From a virus: a stretch of 64,000 nt of DNA. Under the pieces are notes generated by a model. The model was not told the origin of the DNA. It saw only the letters and a list, made by a program, of their open reading frames with translations, and did no database searches. A program made the translations under genes and the position numbers. The stretch lies in IMG/VR virus record IMGVR_UViG_3300035034_000989, positions 1 to 64,000 of that record; one strand, written 5' to 3'. Shown here piece by piece: positions 29,987 through 39,536 of the stretch (position 1 is its first letter; the number at the start of each line of letters is the position of its first letter).

Positions 29987-30562
29987 ATGAATGTTAATGA
30001 AGTATTTTACGACGAGTTATTACACCATCCTAGTTCTAGTAAATTCAAAGCCGCTAGATTTATACACGGTGTATACGAGATTAGTGATAGATACTTCGTG
30101 GTTCTACGCGAAGAAGATGCAGAGTCAATTGAGGTAATTCATTTTAATGATAGGCATGGATGGGGAAGTCTACGTTACAATGTAAGATCGTTAGCAATAA
30201 GGCTTAATCAAACTTCTACTGTGCTGAACCTCAAGATGCACGGATTAGAGCCATTTATATTCTATGATCCTGCTCCAGCCGACTCTAAGTATTCGTATTT
30301 GCGATTCGCATCCATAAAAGGATATGACCACACAAACAACGGTGCTTGCTTTAGACGCATAATCAAAGACAACTTCGGTCACTACCGCATAACACACACC
30401 GTTGAACCTTTGCCCGATAAATGCTTTGCCCGAGGAGACTTTAAAGGTGACGGATATCAGTTGACACTGAGCACAATCTCTGTTAAAGTACTGAAACAAG
30501 AATTAACATATCACACGTTGATAGAGAAGTTTTCAATAACAACTATTGACATCAAACCGTAA
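29987..30562 (+). CDS. Hypothetical protein
   Basis: 191 aa ORF. Confidence 0.55.
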   Translation: MNVNEVFYDELLHHPSSSKFKAARFIHGVYEISDRYFVVLREEDAESIEVIHFNDRHGWGSLRYNVRSLAIRLNQTSTVLNLKMHGLEPFIFYDPAPADSKYSYLRFASIKGYDHTNNGACFRRIIKDNFGHYRITHTVEPLPDKCFARGDFKGDGYQLTLSTISVKVLKQELTYHTLIEKFSITTIDIKP

Positions 30563-30575
30563 CGATAAATATAAT
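30546..30575 (+). promoter_or_regulatory. Composite sigma70 plus late-like promoter
   Basis: TTGACA-N18-TATAAT with an embedded GATAAATA (30564-30571). Confidence 0.65.
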
Positions 30576-30621
30576 TAGCTGGATAGACCAACTAACTGCA
30601 TTTATAAGAGGGAATCTTATG
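30575..30621 (+). promoter_or_regulatory. Conserved 5' RNA element of NAD salvage genes, copy 1
   Basis: Hairpin with GG-ATAGA-CC loop, then ATAAGA-GGGAA-TCTTAT(G) RBS hairpin. Confidence 0.6.
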
Positions 30622-31698
30622 CAATCAAACAAACACGACATGGCCGTCTTGATTGGCCGCTTTCAACCGTTTCACCTAGGCCACCAATCGAACTTAGAAT
30701 ACGCAATTAAAAATTGTTCCAGGAACATTCTTATTATTGTAGGATCTAGCTTTCAGCCACGCACCATAAAAAATCCATTTACATTCGAAGAACGCAAAGC
30801 AATGATCGAAGCAGTAGTCGAGGAAATTGATCCTACTGTACACGTAATGGTTGTTGCACAGCGAGACTATATGTACGAGGATAATAAGTGGATCAAAGAA
30901 GTACAACATAGCATAAGTAGCGCACACGAGTTCTTTAGATTGCTATCCTTGACAGCAGACGGCAACATTTGTTTGGTCGGACACGACAAAGATGAGTCAA
31001 CATATTACTTGTCGTTATTCCCACAGTACAGCGTGGTCGATACTGGTGGCTTTGTTACCATGGGAGATCATGCAATTAATGCAACTGAAATACGCAACTT
31101 AATATTTTCCAAAACACCAACATTCGCAATGTCAGCAGTGCCACCTAGCACAGGCAAGAAGATTGCCGAATTTGTAAAAACAGACGCATACGTGCAACTG
31201 GTAGCCGAACACAAATTTATAGCAGACTATAAAAAGCAGTGGGCACACTCGCCGTATCCGCCATCGTTCAACACCGTAGATGCAGTCACCGTCCAAGGCG
31301 GGCATATACTTCTTGTTAAGCGCAAAGCAGAACCGGGAAAAGGTCTATGGGCATTACCAGGGGGCTTTGTTGACCCTGAAGAAACACTCGAGACAGCAAT
31401 GCTACGCGAACTCAAAGAAGAAACTCGCATAAGTGTTCCCTTGCCTATACTGAAATCTAATATAACATATCGCAGACAGTTTGATCATCCTAAGCGCAGT
31501 TTGCGTGGTAGAACATTCAGCGAAGCATTTTTAATCGAAGTACCACTTGACCACAACAAGCAACTAGCCAAAGTGAAAGGCAGCGATGATGCAGAAAAGG
31601 CACAGTGGATTCCTATAAACGATGCACTTGAAATGAGCGAACAGCTATTTGAAGATCATCACTCCGTTATCAGCATGATGGTAGCGAGGTGTAAGTAA
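30619..31698 (+). CDS. nadM: Bifunctional NMN adenylyltransferase / ADP-ribose Nudix hydrolase (NadM-Nudix)
   Basis: GRFQPFHLGH, KNPF, NAT.IR; Nudix box GG.....E......RELKEET; FEDH. Confidence 0.95.
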   Translation: MQSNKHDMAVLIGRFQPFHLGHQSNLEYAIKNCSRNILIIVGSSFQPRTIKNPFTFEERKAMIEAVVEEIDPTVHVMVVAQRDYMYEDNKWIKEVQHSISSAHEFFRLLSLTADGNICLVGHDKDESTYYLSLFPQYSVVDTGGFVTMGDHAINATEIRNLIFSKTPTFAMSAVPPSTGKKIAEFVKTDAYVQLVAEHKFIADYKKQWAHSPYPPSFNTVDAVTVQGGHILLVKRKAEPGKGLWALPGGFVDPEETLETAMLRELKEETRISVPLPILKSNITYRRQFDHPKRSLRGRTFSEAFLIEVPLDHNKQLAKVKGSDDAEKAQWIPINDALEMSEQLFEDHHSVISMMVARCK

Positions 31699-32450
31699 TG
31701 TCAAGAGTTTTTGCCAAGTATATAAATCGAGATATTGGATTAAATCACAACAAGTGTGTTGTAAGTTACCTCAGGCAATACCTCCGCCAAGAAGGCACGG
31801 AAGCATTTCGAGATGTTGTGTTTGCTATACCGGGACGAGTTGATACTCACTTCGATGCAATTATTGCGCTCGGAGAAGAGTGCAATAAATCTGAACAGGT
31901 AAAAGCGGTAATGCTTGCAAGAGCGTGTACTCATCCTCTAATAAAATCCAAAGTATTACAGAAGTTTTCGAAGTCGAGTATTCCGTACACACGAATTCTA
32001 ACTAAGGATATGCGCTCGCTTGCAAATAACAGAATACTATGCAAATACATTGACTTCAGTCCGTCGTGCTTTAGCATGTACGACGTGAAAGACATAATTA
32101 CACGTAACAGTCCGGCCGAGTGTATTGACCATTTCATAGATGGTATATGGTCCGGCGATCGTGGACGAGATGATACAAAATTGAGATTAGTAACGCAGAT
32201 AACATCTGTTAAGCCCGCCATGATTGCAAGGTTCACCGAAAAGCGATTTCGTAAAATGGAGAACACGCAAATTCTACGTTTACTAGAATCATGGCATAGC
32301 CCACGAGTACTAAAAGCAATTATCGAGCATGATATTGTACTTAACCGAGAAGCATCTGACTACGTGGGCGAGATGATGACCATGAGACAGGTTAGCGGCT
32401 CCGCTATACCTATTGGCGCAAGGAAGATATACAGGATTCTAAGCTCATGA
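31698..32450 (+). CDS. Hypothetical protein
   Basis: 250 aa ORF coupled to nadM. Confidence 0.6.
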   Translation: MSRVFAKYINRDIGLNHNKCVVSYLRQYLRQEGTEAFRDVVFAIPGRVDTHFDAIIALGEECNKSEQVKAVMLARACTHPLIKSKVLQKFSKSSIPYTRILTKDMRSLANNRILCKYIDFSPSCFSMYDVKDIITRNSPAECIDHFIDGIWSGDRGRDDTKLRLVTQITSVKPAMIARFTEKRFRKMENTQILRLLESWHSPRVLKAIIEHDIVLNREASDYVGEMMTMRQVSGSAIPIGARKIYRILSS

Positions 32451-32698
32451 TAAAATCAACAAGAATACAATACACCTATTTTGTTGGCACGGTGCAATTA
32501 GAACTCGCTGACAAGTGGGGCGCATCTCAGGCAACTGGCGGTTACGTTATAGACACAGGTGCTTGGCGAGATTTTAATCCTCGCGAAGAAAAAGGAATTG
32601 AATTTGAATTTGAGCATGACGCTTTGACTTTTTTACATCGTTGTGGCGGCACGCTCGAAGAAAGAAGTCCAGGGAAAGACCTTGGCATTAATAATTAA
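32447..32698 (+). CDS. Hypothetical protein
   Basis: ATGA overlap; FEFEHDALTF motif. Confidence 0.5.
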   Translation: MIKSTRIQYTYFVGTVQLELADKWGASQATGGYVIDTGAWRDFNPREEKGIEFEFEHDALTFLHRCGGTLEERSPGKDLGINN

Positions 32699-32712
32699 GA
32701 GGAAATCTTATG
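32669..32712 (+). promoter_or_regulatory. Conserved 5' RNA element of NAD salvage genes, copy 2
   Basis: CCAGGG-AAAGA-CCTTGG hairpin, then TAAGA-GGAAA-TCTTA(TG). Confidence 0.6.
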
Positions 32713-34254
32713 AACACAAAACTTTTTGAAAACGGCATATTAGCGGCAATACGCGAAACATACGGATCTTTATCAGACACAGACTCATACAAGTACACTC
32801 ATCCTGCTCAGTTCCCGAAAGGCACTGTCAAGATGGTAAGTTATATTGAGTCACGCGGCGGGAAGTACGACGAAGTTGTCTGGGTAGGTTTGCAAGCGAT
32901 TATTGTTGATCAGTTACTTAAACCAATCAAGCACAAGCACATTAAAAACTTGCTTGCGTTTGTTGAAGCACATTTAATGGGCAATACCGATCCTGGTTTA
33001 GAACTAGCGTTCAGCACAGTGGTTGAAGAGTATAACGGCAAGTTGCCAATACGAATTCGTGCCGCCAAAGAAGGACTGGTAATACCTGTTAAAAATGTGT
33101 TGGCGGTAGTTGAAACTACAGTTGAAGACGAACGGATCTTTCCGTTAACAAGTTATGTAGAAGCATTGCTACTACGTGTCTGGTCTCCGACAACTGTCGC
33201 AACCGAGAGTTACGAAATCAAGAAATTGATATTCGAATACCTTAAACATACAGCTGATGATCCGTCTGCAGAGATAGATCTGAAATTGCATGATTTTGGT
33301 TCGCGTGGTGCATCAAGTTCGATGACAGCCGCGCTTGCTGGGCTTGGACACTTGGCAGTGTTTAAAGGTAGCGATAACACAATTGCAAACTTCTTGGCTA
33401 AAATGGTGTATCAATCAGATACTGCGGTAGACGACTTCAGTGACGTGCCCAGTGTCTCGATTCCTGCAACAGAGCACAGCACAACAACCGCACACGGTCT
33501 GGACAACGAAATCCAGATTGTGACGCAGATGTTTGATGCTTATGCAAAGCCGGGCGCAGTGTTTGCAACTGTAATAGACTCGCGCAATTGGCTTAGGTTT
33601 GTACGCGAAATTGCCCCTTTATTCAAGCAACGCTTAATAGATTCAGGTGCCACTTGGGTCTTTAGACCCGATTCAGGGCACCCTGTAAAAACCCCCATAA
33701 AAGTGGTGGAAGAACTGGACAAGGTATTTGGGCATACCATTAATACCAAGGGCTACAAAGTCCTTAACAATGTTGCAGTTATTCAAGGCGACGGTATTAC
33801 TTCGAAAGAAGTTAAAGAAATACTTGTACACTTAACATCACCTGTGTTAAAATGGTCAGCATCAAATATGGCATTTGGTATGGGCGGCGGACTTCTACAG
33901 AAGAACGACAGAGATACACAAAAGTTTGCAATGAAATGTTGCGCTATTTTAAACAATGGAACATGGGTTGACGTTTACAAAGACCCTGCTATATTCGACC
34001 CTGATACTTGGTTAGTTGATGCAACTCAATCAAGTTTTAAGAAATCGAAAATGGGCAGACTTGAGTTGCTGTATAACACACAGACAAAAAGTTACCAAAC
34101 AGTTACCGCAGAAGACTTAGATAGCTTTAGCGGCAAATTTGGTTGGGTACACGCACTCGAAACGGTTTATGAAAGCGGCGAGCTCGTTAGAGTCATGACT
34201 CTATCTGAATTAAGGAAAAACCTTTGTATTGGAACAAGCAGTCACCAGCAGTAA
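32710..34254 (+). CDS. nadV: Nicotinamide phosphoribosyltransferase
   Basis: TDSYK..H, LHDFGSRG, GSD, PATEHS, RPDSG, IQGDG, FGMGGGLLQ..RDT. Confidence 0.95.
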   Translation: MNTKLFENGILAAIRETYGSLSDTDSYKYTHPAQFPKGTVKMVSYIESRGGKYDEVVWVGLQAIIVDQLLKPIKHKHIKNLLAFVEAHLMGNTDPGLELAFSTVVEEYNGKLPIRIRAAKEGLVIPVKNVLAVVETTVEDERIFPLTSYVEALLLRVWSPTTVATESYEIKKLIFEYLKHTADDPSAEIDLKLHDFGSRGASSSMTAALAGLGHLAVFKGSDNTIANFLAKMVYQSDTAVDDFSDVPSVSIPATEHSTTTAHGLDNEIQIVTQMFDAYAKPGAVFATVIDSRNWLRFVREIAPLFKQRLIDSGATWVFRPDSGHPVKTPIKVVEELDKVFGHTINTKGYKVLNNVAVIQGDGITSKEVKEILVHLTSPVLKWSASNMAFGMGGGLLQKNDRDTQKFAMKCCAILNNGTWVDVYKDPAIFDPDTWLVDATQSSFKKSKMGRLELLYNTQTKSYQTVTAEDLDSFSGKFGWVHALETVYESGELVRVMTLSELRKNLCIGTSSHQQ

Positions 34255-34919
34255 CAAGCAGTAGAGTAAACTTCTACTATCAACCTAGCATGGACGAAAT
34301 TGCGTCCATGCTAGTTTCATCGCCCGAGTCGTTTAATTTTGACTATGTGGCGCAGATTAATTCAGATCAACAGCTCAAGTTGCTTACTCATTTTGAAACA
34401 ATACACGATGTGTATCATGAAACTCGCCCGGTCATACAGAAGATGATTGGAGAAATTGAGTTTGGCTCAAGCGCAAGATGTTCATTTATAATACACGACA
34501 AGAATTATAAAAAGTTCCCCACGCTAGACGTTAGCAGGATGGTTCGACCAACAGACCTATTAAAGCTAGCAGATGATCACATCGGGTGGCCAGCTGAGAT
34601 TGATAGTATCATACAACGTGTGTTACTATCAACTGGGCAAGGAACAAAGATTGAAACCGCTGTTAAAAAGTCACACAAATTGACACGGTTGTTTGAAGCT
34701 AACATACCAAGTGCAATTGACAGCATAGATGCAAGCAATGACCCGGTATCACTTGCAAGAAACATAAGCAAAACGGATGCTAGTGTTACACTAGAGTATT
34801 ACGACAAACTTGAAGCTATTATAATGATGATAGTATTGTCGGACGATATTAAGGTAAGAACACAAACTGCGAAAAACCATATGAGCAAAATAAAAAGAGC
34901 AGAGGTAAAGGATGTCTAG
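34224..34919 (+). CDS. Hypothetical protein (start uncertain)
   Basis: About 230 aa ORF following nadV. Confidence 0.55.
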   Translation: MYWNKQSPAVTSSRVNFYYQPSMDEIASMLVSSPESFNFDYVAQINSDQQLKLLTHFETIHDVYHETRPVIQKMIGEIEFGSSARCSFIIHDKNYKKFPTLDVSRMVRPTDLLKLADDHIGWPAEIDSIIQRVLLSTGQGTKIETAVKKSHKLTRLFEANIPSAIDSIDASNDPVSLARNISKTDASVTLEYYDKLEAIIMMIVLSDDIKVRTQTAKNHMSKIKRAEVKDV

Positions 34920-35667
34920 ATTTTTCACTAAAAATCTTTTTGAGTTGTTGGAACTTAAAAAGATGACACTGGACCAGTACTTTGCGGAACTCAGTTTAAG
35001 AGACCGCAACACGTTTTGGAGATCGCACAAAGAGATATTTAAAACCAAACATTTCTTTAAGACCTTCAACGGAGATAAATTTGATTTGATACGTTCGTAT
35101 GTGGAAAAAGACCCCTGCGACTTCGAAACGCAACTGATGCGCTATGATATAAAATTAAACATTGCAACCCTAGAAAGCAACGGATGGTCAAACACTGTAC
35201 GCCCTAGGATATTAACACCCTTCCACTACAGACATCCTGATAGGGTCAATTTTAGAACAGGTGCAGATGTTAAAGCTTGGTTATCAAATGCACCCGAATG
35301 GTTAAAGTGGGCGGACTTTAAGCATGTTCTCGAAGACGTTGTTCCTATCCATGCCAAGAATCCTGCCAGTGCATTTGGCACTCAGATCAGAAGTGCGCTA
35401 CGAACTCATATCTTGCCGCACTTAAAAGCCAAAGACTTTGACTTACTGTACACAGATGGCGATACACTACTAAATGATCTGTTCACTGAAGAGACCTTTA
35501 AAGCATGCGTTCGCGAATCATGCTATCCCCAAGCAGAATTTGTTGAGATACTTGAAATGAATTGCACATTATCTGCCTTGGAAAAAGGCCGAGGAGTAAG
35601 ACATTCAAATCGTGTTGCTAAAAACCTTAGACGAGCCAAGTTGCTCCTGGAGATAAAAGATGTCTAG
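34912..35667 (+). CDS. Hypothetical protein
   Basis: 251 aa ORF; SD GAGG. Confidence 0.6.
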   Translation: MSRFFTKNLFELLELKKMTLDQYFAELSLRDRNTFWRSHKEIFKTKHFFKTFNGDKFDLIRSYVEKDPCDFETQLMRYDIKLNIATLESNGWSNTVRPRILTPFHYRHPDRVNFRTGADVKAWLSNAPEWLKWADFKHVLEDVVPIHAKNPASAFGTQIRSALRTHILPHLKAKDFDLLYTDGDTLLNDLFTEETFKACVRESCYPQAEFVEILEMNCTLSALEKGRGVRHSNRVAKNLRRAKLLLEIKDV

Positions 35668-35926
35668 CACTTGTAAAGAATTCATGGAAGATTATGCAGA
35701 TCTACACGCCAGTGATGGAGAGAGGTTAGAGTATGCTCATTGTGTTGATGCTAATATAAAAGCCCCCATTCCCAATAAGAGTATATTGGATAACGAGCCG
35801 CTCATGATGTTTGCAATATTCATTGTGGTAGTGATAGCATCGTTTACCATAAGCAAAATAGTCAAGTCCAATAATAAAACCACAGCCGCAGAACCTAAAA
35901 AGACGGAATCAAATGACAAAAAATAA
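35660..35926 (+). CDS. Small single-TM protein
   Basis: One hydrophobic helix; SD GGAG. Confidence 0.55.
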   Translation: MSSTCKEFMEDYADLHASDGERLEYAHCVDANIKAPIPNKSILDNEPLMMFAIFIVVVIASFTISKIVKSNNKTTAAEPKKTESNDKK

Positions 35927-36182
35927 AACAAAGGTCTATCAGCAACCAGTACACAGATTTCCAATTATTGTACGTGATCAAGATCACTTTACCACAATCA
36001 TATCGACGCTGGACAAAAATTGTAGCAAAGGTATAACCAACTGGACAATGACCAAGAAAGTCGGCAAGTATCTGAGACGTGGCAACACTGTAAACTCACC
36101 AAGTGTGATAAAAACCGAAGTGTTAATATTTAATAAGAATGTCAATACTACCGAATTAGAAACTTTTATAAAGTTGTTATGA
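35913..36182 (+). CDS. Hypothetical protein
   Basis: Coupled ORF. Confidence 0.5.
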   Translation: MTKNKTKVYQQPVHRFPIIVRDQDHFTTIISTLDKNCSKGITNWTMTKKVGKYLRRGNTVNSPSVIKTEVLIFNKNVNTTELETFIKLL

Positions 36183-36183
36183 T

Positions 36184-36624
36184 ATGCCTATTGTTAATTT
36201 GTATCGTAGAGAAGCATTACAAGTCTTTCCAGATTTAAGATTTGTAACTTTTAAATTTTCAACTGCCAGTGAACAAAGTATCGTGAACACAGCCGGCTCT
36301 GGATATTTCAGTTTCGACTATGATGCATTTAAGCTAGCACAATCGAAACTGGCAAGAGAACTTAAAACATACCTCAAAGAACTAGATATTAGCTATGCTT
36401 GGCCGAACGGTGGGGCTGTTAATTACTCCAGTTTAATTACTGTGGTACTTCCTAATCAGCACGATTACACGCTTATCAAATTAATGGCAGATGAATACGA
36501 CATACACACATCTCACATGCTACCGACAAACTTACCGTCGTACATGTTTCACTTAACAACAGCAGACTACGGGAAACACGAAGATGCTATATCAGAAGCT
36601 AAACGGAAATTTAGTCAGCAATGA
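36184..36624 (+). CDS. Hypothetical protein
   Basis: Coupled ORF. Confidence 0.5.
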   Translation: MPIVNLYRREALQVFPDLRFVTFKFSTASEQSIVNTAGSGYFSFDYDAFKLAQSKLARELKTYLKELDISYAWPNGGAVNYSSLITVVLPNQHDYTLIKLMADEYDIHTSHMLPTNLPSYMFHLTTADYGKHEDAISEAKRKFSQQ

Positions 36625-37090
36625 CATTTTAAAAACAGGCGGAGTAATTGTACACGGTTGTAACGCACAGGGCGCAATGGGAAGTGGCGTAGCCAAGATC
36701 ATACGCGACAAATGGCCAATTGCTTACACAGAGTACAAAGAAACATATGACTCACTCGGGCTCGAAACAGGTGATGTAATTTTTGCACAAGTACAAGAAG
36801 CCGACGGTCTAAACGACGCTCTGTATGTTGCAAATGCAGTGACACAAGAATTCTATCGCGGCCACCCTAAGGCAAGGGGCGAAACAGTATTCATTGATTA
36901 TGATTCGATAGCCAGATGTTTCGAAGACATTGCTGATTTCGTGGGAGATGGAGAATTCACTGTGCCTAACTTGCACATGCCATTGATTGGTGCAGGATTA
37001 GCAGGTGGCGATTGGACCAGAATCGAAGGCATCATATTAGAAACATTAAAAGACACGGATATTAATTTATACTTATGGATATACAACTAA
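36584..37090 (+). CDS. Macrodomain protein (ADP-ribose binding/hydrolase, T4 Tk.4-like)
   Basis: IVHGCNAQGAMGSGVA, TQ..Y, P.IGAGLAGGDW..I. Confidence 0.9.
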   Translation: MLYQKLNGNLVSNDILKTGGVIVHGCNAQGAMGSGVAKIIRDKWPIAYTEYKETYDSLGLETGDVIFAQVQEADGLNDALYVANAVTQEFYRGHPKARGETVFIDYDSIARCFEDIADFVGDGEFTVPNLHMPLIGAGLAGGDWTRIEGIILETLKDTDINLYLWIYN

Positions 37091-37272
37091 AACAAGACAT
37101 TGCTTTTTTACTTTCTTTTGCACCTGTTGAAGAACCAGAATCGGTGCCCGAAGGTCTCAGCCCAATGTTTTATTTCACAGGAACACACGAAGGCGATATT
37201 AAAATTGCACAGCGTATTGCCGACATTAAAGCACGTTATGCAGATCAGACTACACACAACAAACAAGAATAA
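37075..37272 (+). CDS. Hypothetical protein
   Basis: Short ORF filling the gap. Confidence 0.4.
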   Translation: MDIQLKQDIAFLLSFAPVEEPESVPEGLSPMFYFTGTHEGDIKIAQRIADIKARYADQTTHNKQE

Positions 37273-37275
37273 GCT

Positions 37276-37283
37276 GATAAGTA
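37276..37283 (+). promoter_or_regulatory. Variant late-like promoter
   Basis: GATAAGTA upstream of 37305. Confidence 0.45.
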
Positions 37284-37304
37284 TCTAGCACAAGGAGGTG
37301 TTAC

Positions 37305-37598
37305 ATGCATCCACTATACGACCCGTCGACGCTCTCAGACGATGAGCTCCAAGACAAACTCAGTAAAGCCAATCAGATGTTAAACTACCAAGCTCAATTT
37401 GGCAGACAGCAATCGATGGACAGCATTAGACAAGTAATCAATACACTTGAATACGAAAGAGAACGCAGAATGTACGAGCGTCAGAAAACGGAAGAAGACA
37501 AGGCACGCGCCAAGGCTTTAAAACAAAAAGGCAACAAACACTCCGATGTGATCACATTAGGCGAAGTGATAGTTGAAGAATACAAGGATGACGATTAA
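37305..37598 (+). CDS. Hypothetical coiled-coil protein
   Basis: Strong SD AAGGAGGT. Confidence 0.65.
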   Translation: MHPLYDPSTLSDDELQDKLSKANQMLNYQAQFGRQQSMDSIRQVINTLEYERERRMYERQKTEEDKARAKALKQKGNKHSDVITLGEVIVEEYKDDD

Positions 37599-38293
37599 TG
37601 AAGATTGGTAACGACGATTTACCAAGTTACATGAGTTTTACATTTTCATTCACCGGAATGCGAATGGTCGGCTCAGCATTTTGCCCTACTGACTGGGATG
37701 TTGAAGTCGAGTTAATCGGCGACAACGAAGCCCATACACCAGAGCAACACACAGTTGCATTTCAGCGCATGGTATACTGGGCAGAGCTAGCGTTATCTGA
37801 TATCATTGTTATAGGTAGCGAAAACTACGATAGCATGTTAGCAAGAGAATGCGAAAACTTAGTGATGTGGTTACCTGAGAATGGATCCGACGAGTTGCTT
37901 GCACAGGCACTTCATTCGAAGTTACAAACCATTGCAGGCAAAGCAATTATCCTCGGCGAGATACGAGTTAATCCAAGCGATGCACCAACCAAGTATTTCT
38001 TTTCTCCAGTTAAGATCGGACAATACAACATTTCAAGCGAAAACAAAAATCTAACTGATGTAAGTGTTTATCACGAGCATCCTTGGTACTGTCGAAATGA
38101 TAGTTTAACATATGAGCTTATTGTTGATGATCATCAATCCAAGCAAGATTATGATGTACTACTTAAAGATTACGAAGATCCGCTTGACTTGCTCAATGCT
38201 CAGTTGTCGGAACAGTTAAACATAGGTTCGCTCGATGAAAACGAAGCTGAAATTTATCATGTAGGTGCGTCTAAACGTGGCAACCAAGAATAA
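37598..38293 (+). CDS. Conserved phage hypothetical protein
   Basis: 231 aa ORF, TAATG coupled. Confidence 0.6.
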   Translation: MKIGNDDLPSYMSFTFSFTGMRMVGSAFCPTDWDVEVELIGDNEAHTPEQHTVAFQRMVYWAELALSDIIVIGSENYDSMLARECENLVMWLPENGSDELLAQALHSKLQTIAGKAIILGEIRVNPSDAPTKYFFSPVKIGQYNISSENKNLTDVSVYHEHPWYCRNDSLTYELIVDDHQSKQDYDVLLKDYEDPLDLLNAQLSEQLNIGSLDENEAEIYHVGASKRGNQE

Positions 38294-38780
38294 CAATTCA
38301 CAGCTGGTTTACAGCGTAGACGAAGTGCTAGCAATGCTACTACGCAAAGATACCACAGGAGCGATCGTTGTAAGTGACATGGATGAGATCAAACAATTCA
38401 ATAAATACGGATCTCATCTTTCTGGTAACGTGTCGATCATCGAAGAAGATACAAGTGCAGACTTCCATGATTTACAAACAGACACCTGGAGCATACCCGA
38501 TGAATATCTTGCAATAGATGTCGACAGTTACTTGTTGGGTCGCTGTGAAAATGAAGAACAATACAATCGTGTCGAACTTGAACTCAAAGAGTTCAAACAG
38601 CGCGATCTAAGTGTGGTGCTGAACTTGATGATTTATCTTGTTGATTACTTTACTGAAAATAATATTGTATGGGGAGTCGGGCGTGGATCTAGTGCCGCTT
38701 CATTTTGTTTGTACTTAATAGGTATAAATAGAGTAAATAGTCTAGAATATGATCTCGACATAAAAGAATTTTTTAAATAA
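38265..38780 (+). CDS. Stand-alone fragment of DNA polymerase III alpha (DnaE) catalytic domain
   Basis: RVELEL..., WGVGRGSS..S..LYLIGI..V..L.Y.L...EF; ends just before the PDxDxD motif. Confidence 0.8.
   Translation: MRLNVATKNNNSQLVYSVDEVLAMLLRKDTTGAIVVSDMDEIKQFNKYGSHLSGNVSIIEEDTSADFHDLQTDTWSIPDEYLAIDVDSYLLGRCENEEQYNRVELELKEFKQRDLSVVLNLMIYLVDYFTENNIVWGVGRGSSAASFCLYLIGINRVNSLEYDLDIKEFFK
38723..38730 (+). promoter_or_regulatory. T4-late-like promoter
   Basis: TATAAATA upstream of 38792. Confidence 0.5.
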
Positions 38781-38791
38781 AAGGAATAGCA

Positions 38792-39193
38792 ATGGCAAGT
38801 CGCAAAACATACCGCGGTAAATTGATTGACATGGAAGCCTTGGCTCGCACCAACGAAAAGGCAAATGCCTTAGGAAACATGGGTGTGAACGCTAAAGGAG
38901 ACAAACTGGGCAAAGACGGAAAAGTAGTTGAGCCAGCCAACAGTCGCTCACGAACGCATTACAACACCAAAAGAACGACCGTTAACAATCGCGGAAGTCT
39001 AAAATCTGAACCGAGCACAGTTGAGAAGAAGGTCTTCGATGAGTCCGATGGAAAAGCAAGCACTAAAGAATCACAGAAGGCTCCGCAAAAGAAAACTCCA
39101 AAAGCAAAAGCGCAGGCTTCGGAGATAGTTCAGGATAACGGTGATATTGTAATCGAAGACAACGAGGCAAACAATGACAGCGAAGACAGTTAG
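38792..39193 (+). CDS. Conserved phage hypothetical protein
   Basis: RGKLIDM..L...NE...A.GNMGVNAKGD; SD AAGGA. Confidence 0.65.
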   Translation: MASRKTYRGKLIDMEALARTNEKANALGNMGVNAKGDKLGKDGKVVEPANSRSRTHYNTKRTTVNNRGSLKSEPSTVEKKVFDESDGKASTKESQKAPQKKTPKAKAQASEIVQDNGDIVIEDNEANNDSEDS

Positions 39194-39533
39194 TGCATTA
39201 CCCGGCAGAATATTGGTAGATGATATACAGCGTGGCGAACGCCAGGTAGGTAGAATCATACTTGCAAACGACAACGGCACTTCCGAAGGCATTCGTGCTC
39301 GATGGGCAAAAGTGCATGCAGTTGGTGCAGGCGTCACTGATGTTGAGGCAGGGGAATGGATACTGGTCAATCATGGTCGCTGGACAAGAGAAGTTAAGGT
39401 TAATCCAAACACGCCAGACGAATTTAAAGTGTGGCAAGTTGATTACCCAGCTGGTGTGTTAGCAGTGTCCGACACGCCAACCAATACCTTCGCAGGCACC
39501 AGCGTTATAAAGTCTGAAAAACTACAGAGGTAA
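39174..39533 (+). CDS. GroES-like co-chaperonin
   Basis: L..RILV, G.II.., VHAVGAG...V.AGEW.LV. Confidence 0.7.
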   Translation: MTAKTVSALPGRILVDDIQRGERQVGRIILANDNGTSEGIRARWAKVHAVGAGVTDVEAGEWILVNHGRWTREVKVNPNTPDEFKVWQVDYPAGVLAVSDTPTNTFAGTSVIKSEKLQR

Positions 39534-39536
39534 CTC

